Shown: piece after piece, positions 1-13,900 of the stretch
Numbering within the stretch: position 1 is the first letter of the stretch
Layout: every line of letters starts with the position of its first letter
Assembly: GCF_964355755.1 (NCBI RefSeq)
Contig: NC_092678.1
Location: 698,422-762,421, forward strand
Source: Antedon mediterranea
Lineage: Eukaryota > Animalia > Echinodermata
Reading direction: 5' to 3'
Length of the DNA stretch: 64,000 bases
Made by a program: the position numbers and the translations under genes
The notes under the pieces: model-generated
Told to the model about the DNA's origin: nothing
Database searches by the model: none
What the model saw: the letters and a program-made list of their open reading frames with translations, nothing else

Positions 1-168
1 CCGTACTCTCTAAAATACGGAAACTCTCCCAAAACCAGACTTTTCGTAAGGTCCAAAAGGTCACAAATTCATTTTTGCCATTAGAAACACATTCTGAATA
101 CCAGAATTTCCAGAAAACCAGAAAATTAGGCCAGCCCAAAGGTGTCCGATATTGAGAGAGTTGACTGT
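1..168. mobile_element. Right end of a pogo/Tigger-like MITE, cut by the window edge
   Basis: Ends in ...GATATTGAGAGAGTTGACTG followed by TA, i.e. a CAGTCAAC-type terminus with a TA target. Its internal segment ~80-140 recurs inverted and diverged at ~1171-1310. Confidence 0.5.
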
Positions 169-1507
169 ATCACTAAACCCTGTAGTATTATATAAAAGAT
201 CTATCAGTACACCTTATTAAACTTTACTACTAAACTAACTAAAAGTTTTGGCAGAATACTACAGTAAATTAATATTTGCATACACAGGCAGGAAGCATAG
301 TAATTTAAAATTGAATTAATTTGTAACGTACAGTGTATTAACTCACATGCATAGAGAAACTCTAGACTGCCCAGTGATATACTGGAAATTAATTTACTTA
401 TAAACGGTAAAGATAATATTCCATACATGTATTACTATTAAAGCCCTATAAATTAACCAAAATATATGTAGTTGTTCTACATGCATTAGAGTTTTCCATT
501 CGTTAACTTTTAATTCACAAATCAATGAAAGTTTAAAATCAGAGGCAATTTAACTACTGGTGATACAATTTACAAGTCACTAGTAGAACAGTGGGGGATC
601 AAAACCACAAATTAAAAATAAATTCCAGCTGATATGTATGTCTACAAGCTCCAATCAAGGTCATAGTTCATTAGATCGAGGGCGGTGTATGTGACTTTTG
701 GTAAAGGTTAGATGGTTTTTGTTGTTGTCGGCTCTTGGTGTAAATCCCATGAGTATAAAGATAGTTTATTTCATGACAAATTTAATGTTATTTTTGGTTT
801 CTGGTTTCATTTATAAATACCCTTTAATCTGGAGTTAGGCAGCCCATAGCCTTTGAGTCCACAGCAGTAGCAAACCTGCCAATCTTTAAAGTAAAAACTA
901 CAGCTATATATTTTTTTCTGTGATTCAAAGGTGCACAAAAGCAATAGTTTCAAGTAAATATATGTAAATAATATAAAATCTACACAAAAGTAATTGATCT
1001 ATATATTTTAAGATGAGTTTTGTTGCGTAATATTAGGTAATCATACACATACTATGTACATATTTAAACTAAAGATTTCAAAAAAAATATTAAAATTCAT
1101 AAACAAATATTGTACATCAACTTTCAAATACCAATATGAACAGTAAAAAAATCATTATTTGAAAATTTAGTTGGGCTGGCCTAATATATCTGTTTTTCCA
1201 GAAATCTTGATATTTCGATAATGTGATTTTAATGGTAGTAAAAACAGAATTTTAAAAATTCTGGCATATCTATTCGGTTTTCAGATTTTTCGGTATCGAG
1301 AAAGTTGATGACTATCTGAATTGTTGTATGTGGGTTGTTTTCTAGCATGGTTGTCGGTAGGTTGTAACAGCAGCAGCCTAATCAACTACAGACTGCAGAC
1401 AGATGGTGTGCAAATATATTTTTAATGTTATGATCTTTGTTCCGAAAGTCTAAAGTGGAATTTATGAGTTGCATTTGAATACAAACATTTTAGAGAAAAT
1501 TGTTTTC

Positions 1508-1595
1508 TCTGGTATTCTACAATATTACATGAATATTGTGTCACACCTTTGTCTGGTATTCTACAATATTACATGAATATTGTGTCACACCTTTG
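1508..1595. repeat. 44-bp tandem duplication, 2 copies
   Basis: TCTGGTATTCTACAATATTACATGAATATTGTGTCACACCTTTG occurs twice in a row. Confidence 0.9.
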
Positions 1596-1923
1596 ACTAT
1601 GACCAATTTTATATATGTATAAATATAACAACCACAATTTCAAAACATTCTTAAATTCATTTTAGTAACAATTATTTTAATTTAACATATCATAACAAAG
1701 ATAATGATAATAAGGACATGTTCGCTCAAAGACGTAGACAGAGTGGGAAACACAAGTGGGACACGCATCTAACAACTATTAGCGTTTAAGATGATGATGA
1801 TCATAATGATAAATTGTGTATCACAAACCCCTTTATATTTATATTCATCCCTAATTAAATCTAAAAACTAACTTAATTCTGTAGAAAATATACAATCTTG
1901 CTAATTCCACAAACAATACTTAC

Positions 1924-4900
1924 GAACACAAATTTGAGAATCCCTGATGTCTCTCGTAGGATCCATATAATAGAACGCTTCACACTGCTCACAGTTCCTA
2001 CCCATCGTGTTGTGCATACAATCATCGCACACACCCCCACTGACACCTCCAGTTTGTTCAAAGACCGCTGCATCAAAATGGCATTTTGTTGCATGTTGAT
2101 TACAATTACACACTGCAACAAGGCAAAGAGAAGGGGGTAAGATTAATAAAAAGAATAATTATAACAACTTTTTATTACATTAATAGCTGTATTTCGATTA
2201 CTGTACATATGTTTCATTCTGAAAAGTTAAACATGTTAAACATTAATAAACATCAATATTAACATTATTGAACATCACTAAACATTATTGAACATCACTA
2301 AACATTATTGAACATCACTAAACATTATTGAACATCACTAAACATTATTGAACATCACTAAACATTATTGAACATTACTAAACATTATTGAACATTACTA
2401 AACATTATTGAACATTACTAAACATTATTGAACATTACTAAACATTATTGAAAAAATATAACCATGGCGTTAGACCGTTTTAGCGTACGACGCTAAAAGA
2501 ATGTGTGTCTGAACAGTTGGGGATTAGCGTACAACGCGTCGTACAACGGTTGTAGCGTTGTAGTGGAAAACGGTTGATAGTACCGTTTTAGCGTACGACG
2601 CTACTGTAAGTCAACGTTGTATCCAATCAGAACGTTTCCTGTTATGACGCGAAACAAGGTTTGACCTAGGCTGACATCTTGTATCGTCAATGTGTGAGAT
2701 GGATTTCAATAACAAAAAGGCCAGAATAAATAAGGCCTAACTACACTACAAATACAACTGTTACAAAGGCTACAAACTATTATCAACTGATTACCATTAT
2801 ATTTTCTAACAAATGACATAAATACATGCACCTTGTATTTAAACATAGGGACTATGATCCCATCCGCTTTTAGGCCTAGCTAGGCCTAGAGCCATTCACG
2901 CATTTCATTCAAGCTAAAAACTAGCGTGGGACATCAAGTCACTCATTCATACAAGGCAGACTAGACTGGACAAGTTAATGCTGAAAACCCCCTAACTCCT
3001 AAAAAAATCAGTAAACAAACAAGGGGAGCTGTGTCCCTTTTATTAGCAAGTTAAGGGTAATTTTCAACCGACTGGACCAAAGAATATATATCTTTTTGAC
3101 TGGACTGGATAGACTAATCAACAATCATTTTTTTCTTCATCATTACGAGGCCTGCTTTATTTTCGTAACAGTCAATAGCCTGGGGAAAATGTTTTTTACT
3201 ACAAAATAAAAACAATAGAAACAGAAATTTGGCTTTACTATATTTTTCTTAAATAAATGCTGAGGTATGTTTTATTTACGGCAAATTTTGTCATAATTGT
3301 AGGGCTGAGATCTAGGCCTAGGCCTATATACAGTGGAAATAATGATGAAAACACGTGGGTAAGAGCACATGATGAATATGCAACTAGAAACAACCTGGAT
3401 GACGTACTTCCGTTGTAACGATAATCGTACGCTATGGGTCTGAACACCTCGTTTTTTTCTCTGCGGTTTGTAACGTGACCTTGATAGTAACGTTGTACGC
3501 TAAAACGGTCTAACGCCATGGGTCTGAACAGGGCCAAAGAAATGACTGCACTGAAACAAGATACTTTTGTTCTTTATGTTATCTCATAAGATTTGTTGAA
3601 TGTTGAATGTTTTTATAGGCCAGGTCATCAAGGTCATTCAGAGTCTCTTGTAGTAAAGTAGTATCAACTGGTTTATTATTAATTATGAATACTGTACATT
3701 ACAAAAGTTTGGTTTATATCTATAGAACAGAAGAAACTCTCTTTTGGGACATTCTATTCATCAGGGGACATTTTGTGGCAACATCTCCTTGGGACATTCT
3801 ATTCAGGGGACATTTTGTGGCAACATCTCCTTGGGACATTCTGTTCAGGGGACATTTTGTGGCAACATCTCCTTGGGACATTCTATTCAGGGGACATTTT
3901 GTGGCAACATCTCCTTGGGACATTCTATTCAGGGGACATTTTGTGGCAACATCTCCTTGGGACACTTTCCCACAAACGAACAATGAAGAACAAGATACGC
4001 TTGAACACTACAACCTACTGTATACTACACAAACCATAAATGGCGTTGCAACAGCCGCTGGATAACATCCTTATTACATTTGTGGGTTTCAAAAGTGTCC
4101 CTTTACAGGGGTTCTATTGTGTTTTAAAGAATTATTACATTATTTGTCATCTTTTGCATTTCATACAATTCGCAATCTGACCTTCAGTGTTTTGTTAAGA
4201 ACAAATTGAGTGGGTTTATATGTCATCATGTAATGCATGCCTAGAAGTTATTGGGCCAATGGGTTTACTGTAGGAAAATTTATCACCTGATAAGTAGCAT
4301 TAAACTACAGAGGAATTTCCTGAAGATTCTGGAAAAACTGTTCTAATTTTAGTTTTTTAAACTGATTGAACTACAGTACACAAGACATGGCTCAAAATTC
4401 ACCATAGCAAACTAGAAATGTGTGAAAATTTGCTAGTAATAAAATTAAATTTTTTTATTTTCTACCAGATTTTAAAAATAAAGTTGAGATCAACAAGGTC
4501 ACAAACATTAAACAAAAGGATACCATGTTTAAAGTACATACACATACAGTATGACAACTTGATATGTACACCAAGTTTAGTACTATAGTAGCAGAAAATG
4601 GAGAAAAAGACAAAAACATTTTAATATTGGAAAAGTAACGATAAATAATACAAAAATAGTGATGGTAACAAGAGGCACAAAACATATGAAACATTCTCAG
4701 TCCTGACGTTAAAAGCATATTGATCGTACGGTCGAGAAACTTAACAGTTCTTTTCAGAACTAATATACGTGGTGTACCGCAAACTTTATATTCTACAAAT
4801 AAAACATTTCTAAGGGAAACAGCAAATTTTTAAAAGCTAGTTGGATAGCAATTGAGGACATATTTGGTGGAATAAATGCACCAGTGCCTTGATGCTATGA

Positions 4901-7900
4901 CTAGCCTACCCTCTCATATCTAGTTACACCATTCATACTGTAATCCTTAAAAGGTGAACTTTTAGTGACCTTTAGAAACTGGTATAGTACAACAAACAAG
5001 CAAAAGATGAGATTAAAATCAATACAAATATTGTTGCATAGGTTTAGAATAGATGTACAAACAAACAGTACAGCATCAAGGCTGTATGTTGTGGAGACGT
5101 TCGAGTTTTGATTATGTCAAAATCAAACTATATTACACTGTAAACTACAGTACACTTACTCCTTTGGGACACGCCTATTAAGCAGAAACTTGTATTTTTT
5201 ATTTCAAACACATCTAACAGCAAGTATTCAATTACAGGATGGAAAAACTATTTTAAATTTCATTTGAGGCTAAGTGAGTGGAGATGAAAGAGTAACCACC
5301 CTGGCACAAGGTCAGAATTGAACCCTGGACCTTAGGATTGGAGGCAAGCATGTTAACCACCAAGCTACAGCGCCACTACTTCCCTGTGAAACAAATGAGG
5401 GGTAATACATATTTTAAGACTAGGGCCAACCCCTATTCAGGGAACACTCTTACCAAGAGGACACTTGAATGGGTTTCTATGGGTTACCAATGGGTGTACA
5501 GTATTTGAAATGTTGGTATCATTTTCATGCTAATATTATACAGTATTAAGAGGATAAAATTTACATTTGCATTTGTTTGTCTGAACTCCCTGGGCTGGTC
5601 GCCATGGCTGATCATGGTGGAATGGTTTACATCTTTCACAGTTCAAGCCTTCAGTGTTGTGGTTACAATCACAATTGCCATACACATGTGCCTAAAATCA
5701 CAAGAAAAAATACTAATTAATATGTTTGCCAAATTTATTATTAAAATTCATACGGGTGAAGACTGGAATAAATAATGAAAAACAAAAGAAATAGCAACAA
5801 TTTGTGGCTTATTAAACTGGCCAAAGAAATGAGAGTGTTGATGTTAATTCAATTCAAATTTATTTCAGATAATTTGCCCAAATAATACAAAAGAAATCCA
5901 TTTGATCAACAAATGACCCAGAATTATTCATTGAAATAATGCCTCTTCTACATTTATACTACATTCTGGAATCAATCAAAATATTGAATTTAAACAATTT
6001 ATCATTTTGTTTTTGCTTTTGTTTATTTATATCAGATGGGTACCGACAAATTTGAGAGACTGAGTATAGATACGAGGTAAATCGGGGAGTTGTTCAAGAT
6101 ATTAATATTCTCAGAACATAAAGTCTATCCATTGATAGTCTTCATCATTCCAGGCTGGGTAATGAGTCCACTCAGATATTAATCTAATTACTCTGGATTA
6201 AGAGATCAAATTTCTTTATAATTAGCGTACAATTTAAATCCAGGCAAAATTCTTGTTGGTAATTTAATGTCTGTACTTTGGTTTCTGATAATAATAAAAT
6301 GTTATTAATATCTTACAAAAAGAAAACAATAAATTTGGTATTATTATTAACAATAAGCTATACTGTTATGCTATTATTATCTTTAAAAAAATGATTTGAG
6401 AACAATAATTTGGTAATTCATTACAAAATAATGTCACGATTGTAGCTAGGACGTTTACAGGCGATTCCTTGTTTTTCACAAAACAGGCAAATATCTTCAC
6501 AAGACTAGCTATCATCACTTATGCCTCTAGTTGAAAAAGGAAACAAAGGGGAGGATTGTTTGAATATTCTACACCCCCTCCTCCTCACACCTCAGCAAGT
6601 TTTAAGTACATTTAATTTGACCAGGAGCATGAGTGCAAATAGAACATAGGATAAACCAAGTAGACACCATGTTTAGTTACCTAATGTACCTGTACATTAT
6701 GCAATGGAAGAGTACAGTGTTAAGTTTTACTTACACAATGTTACACCCATTTTGATAAATCTGAAAGTGCAGGAAAGGCTCTCGTTTTCGGTTCTAACAA
6801 CAATGTTATTTATCTAACGATGATGTTATTTAAATAAGATAAGAAGAGATAACAACCAATGAAAACAAACTGAAAACCCAAATTCAAAAGCATTCTAAAA
6901 ATAATGGTTATAAAGCGGTCAAATGAATGGGTTAACATATTTTGAAAGCACAAACTTATGATCAATAATAATGTTTTAGCTTAAATTTATTTAAGTTTAT
7001 ATTATAAATATTAGAGATTAGATTATACAGCATTGAAAAAAGGTATGATGCACTGGTCTATGGCCTGAGACCAGCGTATCTGATATTGGTTACTACATGG
7101 TACTACTGTATGGGCTATCCTTGGTTTCTTTATTTATATATTTGTGTTACTTTTTCTGTAGTTAAGTTTATTTTATCTTTACACTTTAGGAGGTCGGAGA
7201 GTCACTCATTAGTGTTTTGTTTCACTTGTTGACAATCCCATCTACTCCCTAAAGTGCTCTGTACCTTGTGATTTTTTTTTTTTATTTATAAAAGACAAAA
7301 TAAATGAAATGAAATTTGCTTGTAAGTATTTTGTATTCATATTGTCTTGTTGTAATCTTATGTTGAAATCTAAAAAATCAAATCACATACTGTATGACTA
7401 CAGAGAGCCAGTCAGGTTAAATGCTAATTAAATTATAATGCTTAAGTCATTTTCTTCCAGCTATCCTGGTGAGCCACCAGATGCCGTTTGACAACCACTC
7501 CAACAAATTACAAATTCGTTCATAAAAATTATAGAATTATTGCTCATGTACTTACTGTATTGTTTAAAATGAAATATGAATCATTAAAAGAATAAATCAT
7601 CACAATATATACATACATAGCATTCATTCAATCAAGAGAAATTTATTTCTTTAAAAAAAAAACTAAAATACCTTCACAATGTTTTATTATGTTCTAAGGA
7701 ATGTACTCAAGTGTTTAATACTGTAAACGTTATTTCCTGAAATAATTTGATTTGGAATTTCGGATCCAAATTAATAATTTAAAAGTAAAGTTTCCATATA
7801 ATTTTACTGGACTGAAATAAATTTTAAAAATGTAATAACTTTTTTTTTCTTGTGAATAGCGCTTCATTACCACAAGACAGTCAATTTCAATGGAAAATTA

Positions 7901-10900
7901 TTGAAAGTTTATACAGATTTTTTAAGGGGGAAAAACTTTGAAAGAGCTCTCTAGAAAATCTAAGCGGCCATTATCATCACTGAGTCGTTGCAATATTAAT
8001 AATTAGGTCAATTGTGCCTCCCTGTTGAGCCTAGAGGAGTGTATGCAAGGCTAGCATTTCAAATGCCAATCTTGCATGCCATAAAGGTTAAGACAACTAA
8101 TGTACATTGCAATGCATTGATGCCGTCAAAATCATCGACTTAATTCCTCAAAATGTTCTAATACAGTAATCTTATTTTCATAAACTTTTCAGAATAGAAA
8201 GATGTAATTTATTAGTACAAAAAATAAAATTTAAAAGTATTTAAAAATGTTGTTTAAGGGATGAAAATCTTTTGAAAAAGGGTCAAAGGTTGAATACTAT
8301 AACTGCCTACGACCCCTCTGTCTACAAAGAAAAGGTGGATAAATAATTGATGCTATGTCAAGATGAGGCACAGTAATTGCTAATAACTACTAATACTGTA
8401 AGTACTAACAGAGGTGAATAACATTACCCCTTCTGTCAAGAAGAGGCATCCTTATACAATCAAATTATTTGTACCTTTGCCTACGTACAGTACTAGAGGT
8501 GAATAAAATCACCCTCTACCTACAGTAACACAAACATCCTGTATCTCAAAGTCAGACCATCTCTGGTTTTAGTATTTATACTTAAGTCATTTAATTTTGC
8601 TCGTTTGAGGTATCGTTTTAATTCTAGACATAAACATACTTCACCACTATAAAAGGAAACATGTCCTACAAATAAACCAATAATTATACATTACAAATTA
8701 AATTTAAGACTCTTTCCTCCAAGCACGTTATTTGAATTCTAAGCTACATTTGTCTGAATACAGTTAGGTTTCTATTTAATATAAACATTTATTTGATTGT
8801 TCCCACGCATTGTTTGTTCATGTTTATTGTTTTAAAACTATAACAACATAACTTAATGGAAACAACATAAAATGTAGCAAGGTTTAACCCAAGAACTACT
8901 TGTGAGGTAAAGAATGTTCCTTCTACTTTATACTGTGTAAGCTCAAACTCTAATTATACCAATGTACAGTCTGTACTGTATAATATCGGATGCAAGATTA
9001 TACAATACCACACACGTTTGAACATTACAACAAGTTAAGCCAAATTGAATTACTATAGTATTTAACTCCAATAGAGAATTAGTAGTTGATACGCAATACT
9101 ATATGTCTGTGGCGTTACAGAACTGACAGCCTGGCTAAACCCAGTACCAGAGCTTAAATGGCAGAGAATCAGCAGCCTCAACGCAACTACCCAGCGTTGG
9201 ACAACCCCTTAGGAATGCTAAACCAAGGGACTTTTCCCCATGTTAATATTACTACTGTACTGCTGCGTGTACACAAATCTCTAACTTAAAAGAATCAAAG
9301 TTAAATTATATTTAAGTTATATTTGAGAGTCATGTATTGGTAACTTTTAACAATCTAACTAAAAATTTAATTAAAATTTTAAAAGCATCACACATGCATG
9401 ACAGACTACTAGCCAAGAAGCCTCTTTTCGAAATAAAATGTATAACACACATTTTGAATTATGCTGTTTTAACAAAAAGGTCAAAAGATCACCTTTGTAC
9501 TCCGTGAGAATTTTTTATAATTTTGCTAAATTGTTTTGAATCACCTCAATTTCCTATCGTAGACTAGACTAGTTCCTATTGGTACCCATAATAACTACAA
9601 CCTATGCATGGGTACATGCCTAACAACAATACCATGGATTACAACCCTGTGTTCACTGTAAACACTCATTGTTGGTATATATCGTGTGCTCAGGAAATCA
9701 TGGACATTAATTTTAACGCAAGCTCTTTCAAGTGTAAAATTACATAAAGATACTCGTCACTTTGGCTGACTTTTTTAGAGAATTCATCTGCTTCAGCAAA
9801 TTTGTCCAGCCATTAAGAATATCACAAAATGCAAATGTATGGCTAAATATAACACTAACAGCTACCTAAAGCTAAATATAACACTAACAGCTACCTAAAG
9901 CTAAATATAACACTAATAGCTACCTAAAGCTAAATATAACACTAACAGCTACCTAAAGCTAAATATAACACTAACAGCTACCTAAAGCTAAATATAACAC
10001 TAACAGCTACCTAAAGCTAAATATAACACTAACAGCTACCTAAAGCTAAATATAACACTAACAGCTACCTAAAGCTAAATATAACACTAACAGCTACCTA
10101 AAGCTCTGTCCAAACTATCAAACTTGATGTGACAAAAAAATGTGATGATGTCATATATGGACATGATGTCATATCACTACCCTATTTGGACATATCACTA
10201 CCCTATTTGGACATATCACTACCCTATTTGGACACATCACACTTTTTGTCAAACTAGTTTGATAGTGTAGACAGAGCTATAATATGCATTCATTCAAATA
10301 ATTACACTAAAACAGTATGTTATGACTTTTAGTTGTATAAGGCTTCTAGTATAGCGAACTCTTTTAAACAGTATGTTATGACTTTTAGTTGTATAAGGCT
10401 TCTAGTATAGCGAACTCTTTTAAACAGTATGTTATGACTTTTAGTTGTATAAGGCTTCTAATCTAGTATAGCGAACTCTTTAAAACAGTATGTTATGACT
10501 TTTAGTTGTATAAGGCTTCTAGTATAGCGAACTCTTTAAAACAGTATGTTATGACTTTTAGTTGTATAAGGCTTCTAGTATAGCGAACTCTTTTAAACAG
10601 TATGTTATGACTTTTAGTTGTATAAGGCTTCTATTATAGCGAACTCTTTTAAACAGAAATGTTCTATTACTACAAAACCCGGTCAGACTTTTGCTTTTAC
10701 CTTTTTATATTTTCTTTTCTAACACTATCAAGCAAACTATTTACACTGAGCAATCAACCATAATAAGAACAGAAATAATATCCAAAGTTAAATAAAACCA
10801 ATTGCTGATAAACGAAGCTTGTCATGAACAAAACGGTACAACAACCCCTACTGTATTCACTGAAAAAATGGAGCTATCTAATTTTATAGCCCCATTATTA

Positions 10901-13900
10901 AAACCATGGACCATATAGGTCCATGATTAAACCCATTCTTTGGTTGAAAAGCAAAGGTACCTAGATTGATTGTCTACCTATGGACGGATGGACAGAGATA
11001 CTACATTAAACAGTGTAATGGTATACTAATATTTCTACTATTATACTACTGTATGAACTACAAACTAAGAATGGCTAACATCATAACCAAGTGTAAATGT
11101 TGAGGTGATAATACAGTAAGCTACAGTATTGGTGGTTCTTGTGCTGTACTAGTAATCAGTAGTTAACTTACAGTATACCAAGAATTAGTTAAGTACTGTA
11201 ACAAGTACCTTCATAAGTCATGAGTGTAGTTGGCGGCGCATTTGGTACAAAGAGCCTTGTATTAATATTGTTAACATGATTGGGACAAGATACCTTGTAC
11301 CACCCACACTGACTACAACTAGTAGAGTGAAACCAAGGCCAACTACATAATCACAATAACAAGTGATTAGCCAGTGGGAAGGAGAAAGAAAGAAAACCAC
11401 AGTTTATTTGTGAGTTTAGAAAATGTTTTGGAAATAATAATCAAAGTAGATTTATGAATGTAACCAATATCAGACAAATCAACTTCTTTGACACTTTTTT
11501 AATAGAATAAACAAACAATTTTAAAGAGTTTTTTTAAATAAACATGTCTAACAAAATGCAGATTTAGACAACATACAGTAAACACAATGAATATTGAATT
11601 AATTCTATAGAAGTGGCCTCCTCAAAGTAGATAAGTATTTATACAGTATTTAGTTACCATGTCAAAATGTATTTAGCAAGTTTTTTTGGGGTAATCATAC
11701 CAAGTAGAGATTGATGGGGTGCCCAACCGCCAGGCTCCCATCTAATTTCACAAATTGTAACAAAAGATAGCACATTAAATTAAGTTTACCACTTCATTTC
11801 ACTATTTTTTAGGCCCTTATTTCAAAATCCTGGTTCTGCCTGGTTTTACATTGAATAAAACTAAAAACTTACTGCAGTAAGTTTTTAACTTACTGCAGTA
11901 GAAAATGTTGTAACTGCATTAGAATCATTTTGACATGATCTCTTATAAATTGTTCAATAAAAGAGCACTCACCGTATTTCGATCTAATCGTATACCTTCA
12001 ACATCGCCATCTATCGGAATACATTCCTCAGCATGTCCATAACAGTGACAGCTCCCTCTCACAACCATATCATACACCGCATAATAATATTTCTCCTTGA
12101 TTTCTTCTCTCGTGTCTAGTAGGACGTCACCGAGCGTGTGCAGACGAGTGAAGTTGACTCGTAAATTGGTGATCTTGATGAGGTTTTGAACTTCATCGGA
12201 GTAAGGATCTCGGATTTGGCTCTGGATGTGCGGTGGTAGAACTCGGAAGATAACCTACAGTACAAAGATAATAAAAATACATTCATCTGAGTTTTTTATG
12301 TCATGTTTTTTATCAAATATTATGGGTCTGTTTCTGCTATTGAAAAAATAACTGGTTTATAAACCATGTAAATTACCCTCAATTTCTTGGCCGCAGAAAC
12401 AGGAAAAATGTCAATAATAATAATATTTATAATGATTTATAAACTCAATCAAAAATAAATTTATTGTACTGATTGGTATAAGAGGTACTTAAGTTTTAAT
12501 GCTAAAATTAAGTTGATCTATTGTACTGCATCCACAGAGTAAGAATACAAGAGCACTTGTTGTAAGATCAAGTTTCTTTTGTTTGTTTTTGATACTTAAA
12601 TTAAATCTAATATTTCGTAAGATCGACCATTGTTTGGTTTAATTAAATAATGATAGAAATGATGTAATTTCATTAGCTAATTGCTCTTTCATGCTACAGT
12701 GCTGTATACTTATTTAATTGATGATAAAACATACATTAGTATACCTTTGTTTTCTTACCGTATATTTCGGTGCATAAGTCGCACTTTTGACACGCAAATT
12801 TGACCTCTAAATTAAGGGTGCGTCTTATACACCGAACATAAATGCCTCACCACACAGATTGTACATAGGCCTATCGTCACCTCGTTTGCTAGGCCTTAGT
12901 AGGCTAGGGCTAGGCCTAGCTACAGTATACTAACATAACGGCAACCTGCTTCTGCCTAGTTTTCAAGGCATTTTAGCATGATGTTATACTAAATATGATG
13001 AAAAGATTTGTTCATTATGGAGCTGTTTTAGGCGCTCCGATAAAATTTCATTTGTAAACGTTTATGTATGATTGGAATAGTATTTATAGTTATACGCACG
13101 ATCGCCGACCGCCGTACCCCCAGCGCAAGCCCTTCTTGGCGGCCACATGGTGTACGGTATTCGACTAGTATATTCTCAAGGTGATTATAGCATGGACCTA
13201 GCGTACACACTTCTCGGATACATAGATACTAATCGAATACGATTGTCCGTGAAAACGTGCGCCCTCTCGAAATGATCGAGCGAGGCTAGCGCAGACACGT
13301 ACGTGTTGCACACACGGTCATGCACTCGATGTTGTTGCGGGTGCGAAACTCATGAATAACAAGTTAGAAAGAACTTGTTGAGGCTGGGCGCGGCCGAGCC
13401 TAGGTAAGAAAAAACCTAAATAAAGGACGCCGTTGTAGATATAAAAAAATATATTATTACAATAATATTGATTACAATTTAAAAAAACATTGTTTTGATG
13501 AAATATAAGGTGCGTCTTATACATCGACGATATAAAAAATACCGATATTTTACTCTCAGTTAGGGGGTGCGTCTTATACACAGGTGCGACTTATACACCG
13601 GATTATACGGTAGATCATTTTACACCATAATTGAAATATCTGCTGACGATGTTTTATGTTAGAAAATGTAAAAAATTATAGAAGAAAATGTGTACCTCTC
13701 CATCAGTTGAAGGTTCAACATTTGAGTATCTCTGTTCGCAAACGACATCCGTGATTCGTCTAAGGGGCGCTTTCTTAACTCCTGGAAACATCGTCTCACA
13801 ATCATACGCAAAATAACGATACGTGTTCCAAGTTTGCCCAAAATCACTCGATCTTTCGACTATCATTGCAGCTGGCCTAAATGTCTTGAAAGTCATAACA

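Noticed and set aside
3685-4065. Repetitive ORFs in four frames
   Set aside because: They are translations of the 42-bp minisatellite.
5300-5378. tRNA gene
   Set aside because: A and B boxes are present, but there is no intact acceptor stem or cloverleaf and a similar degenerate copy exists elsewhere, so it was called a SINE head.
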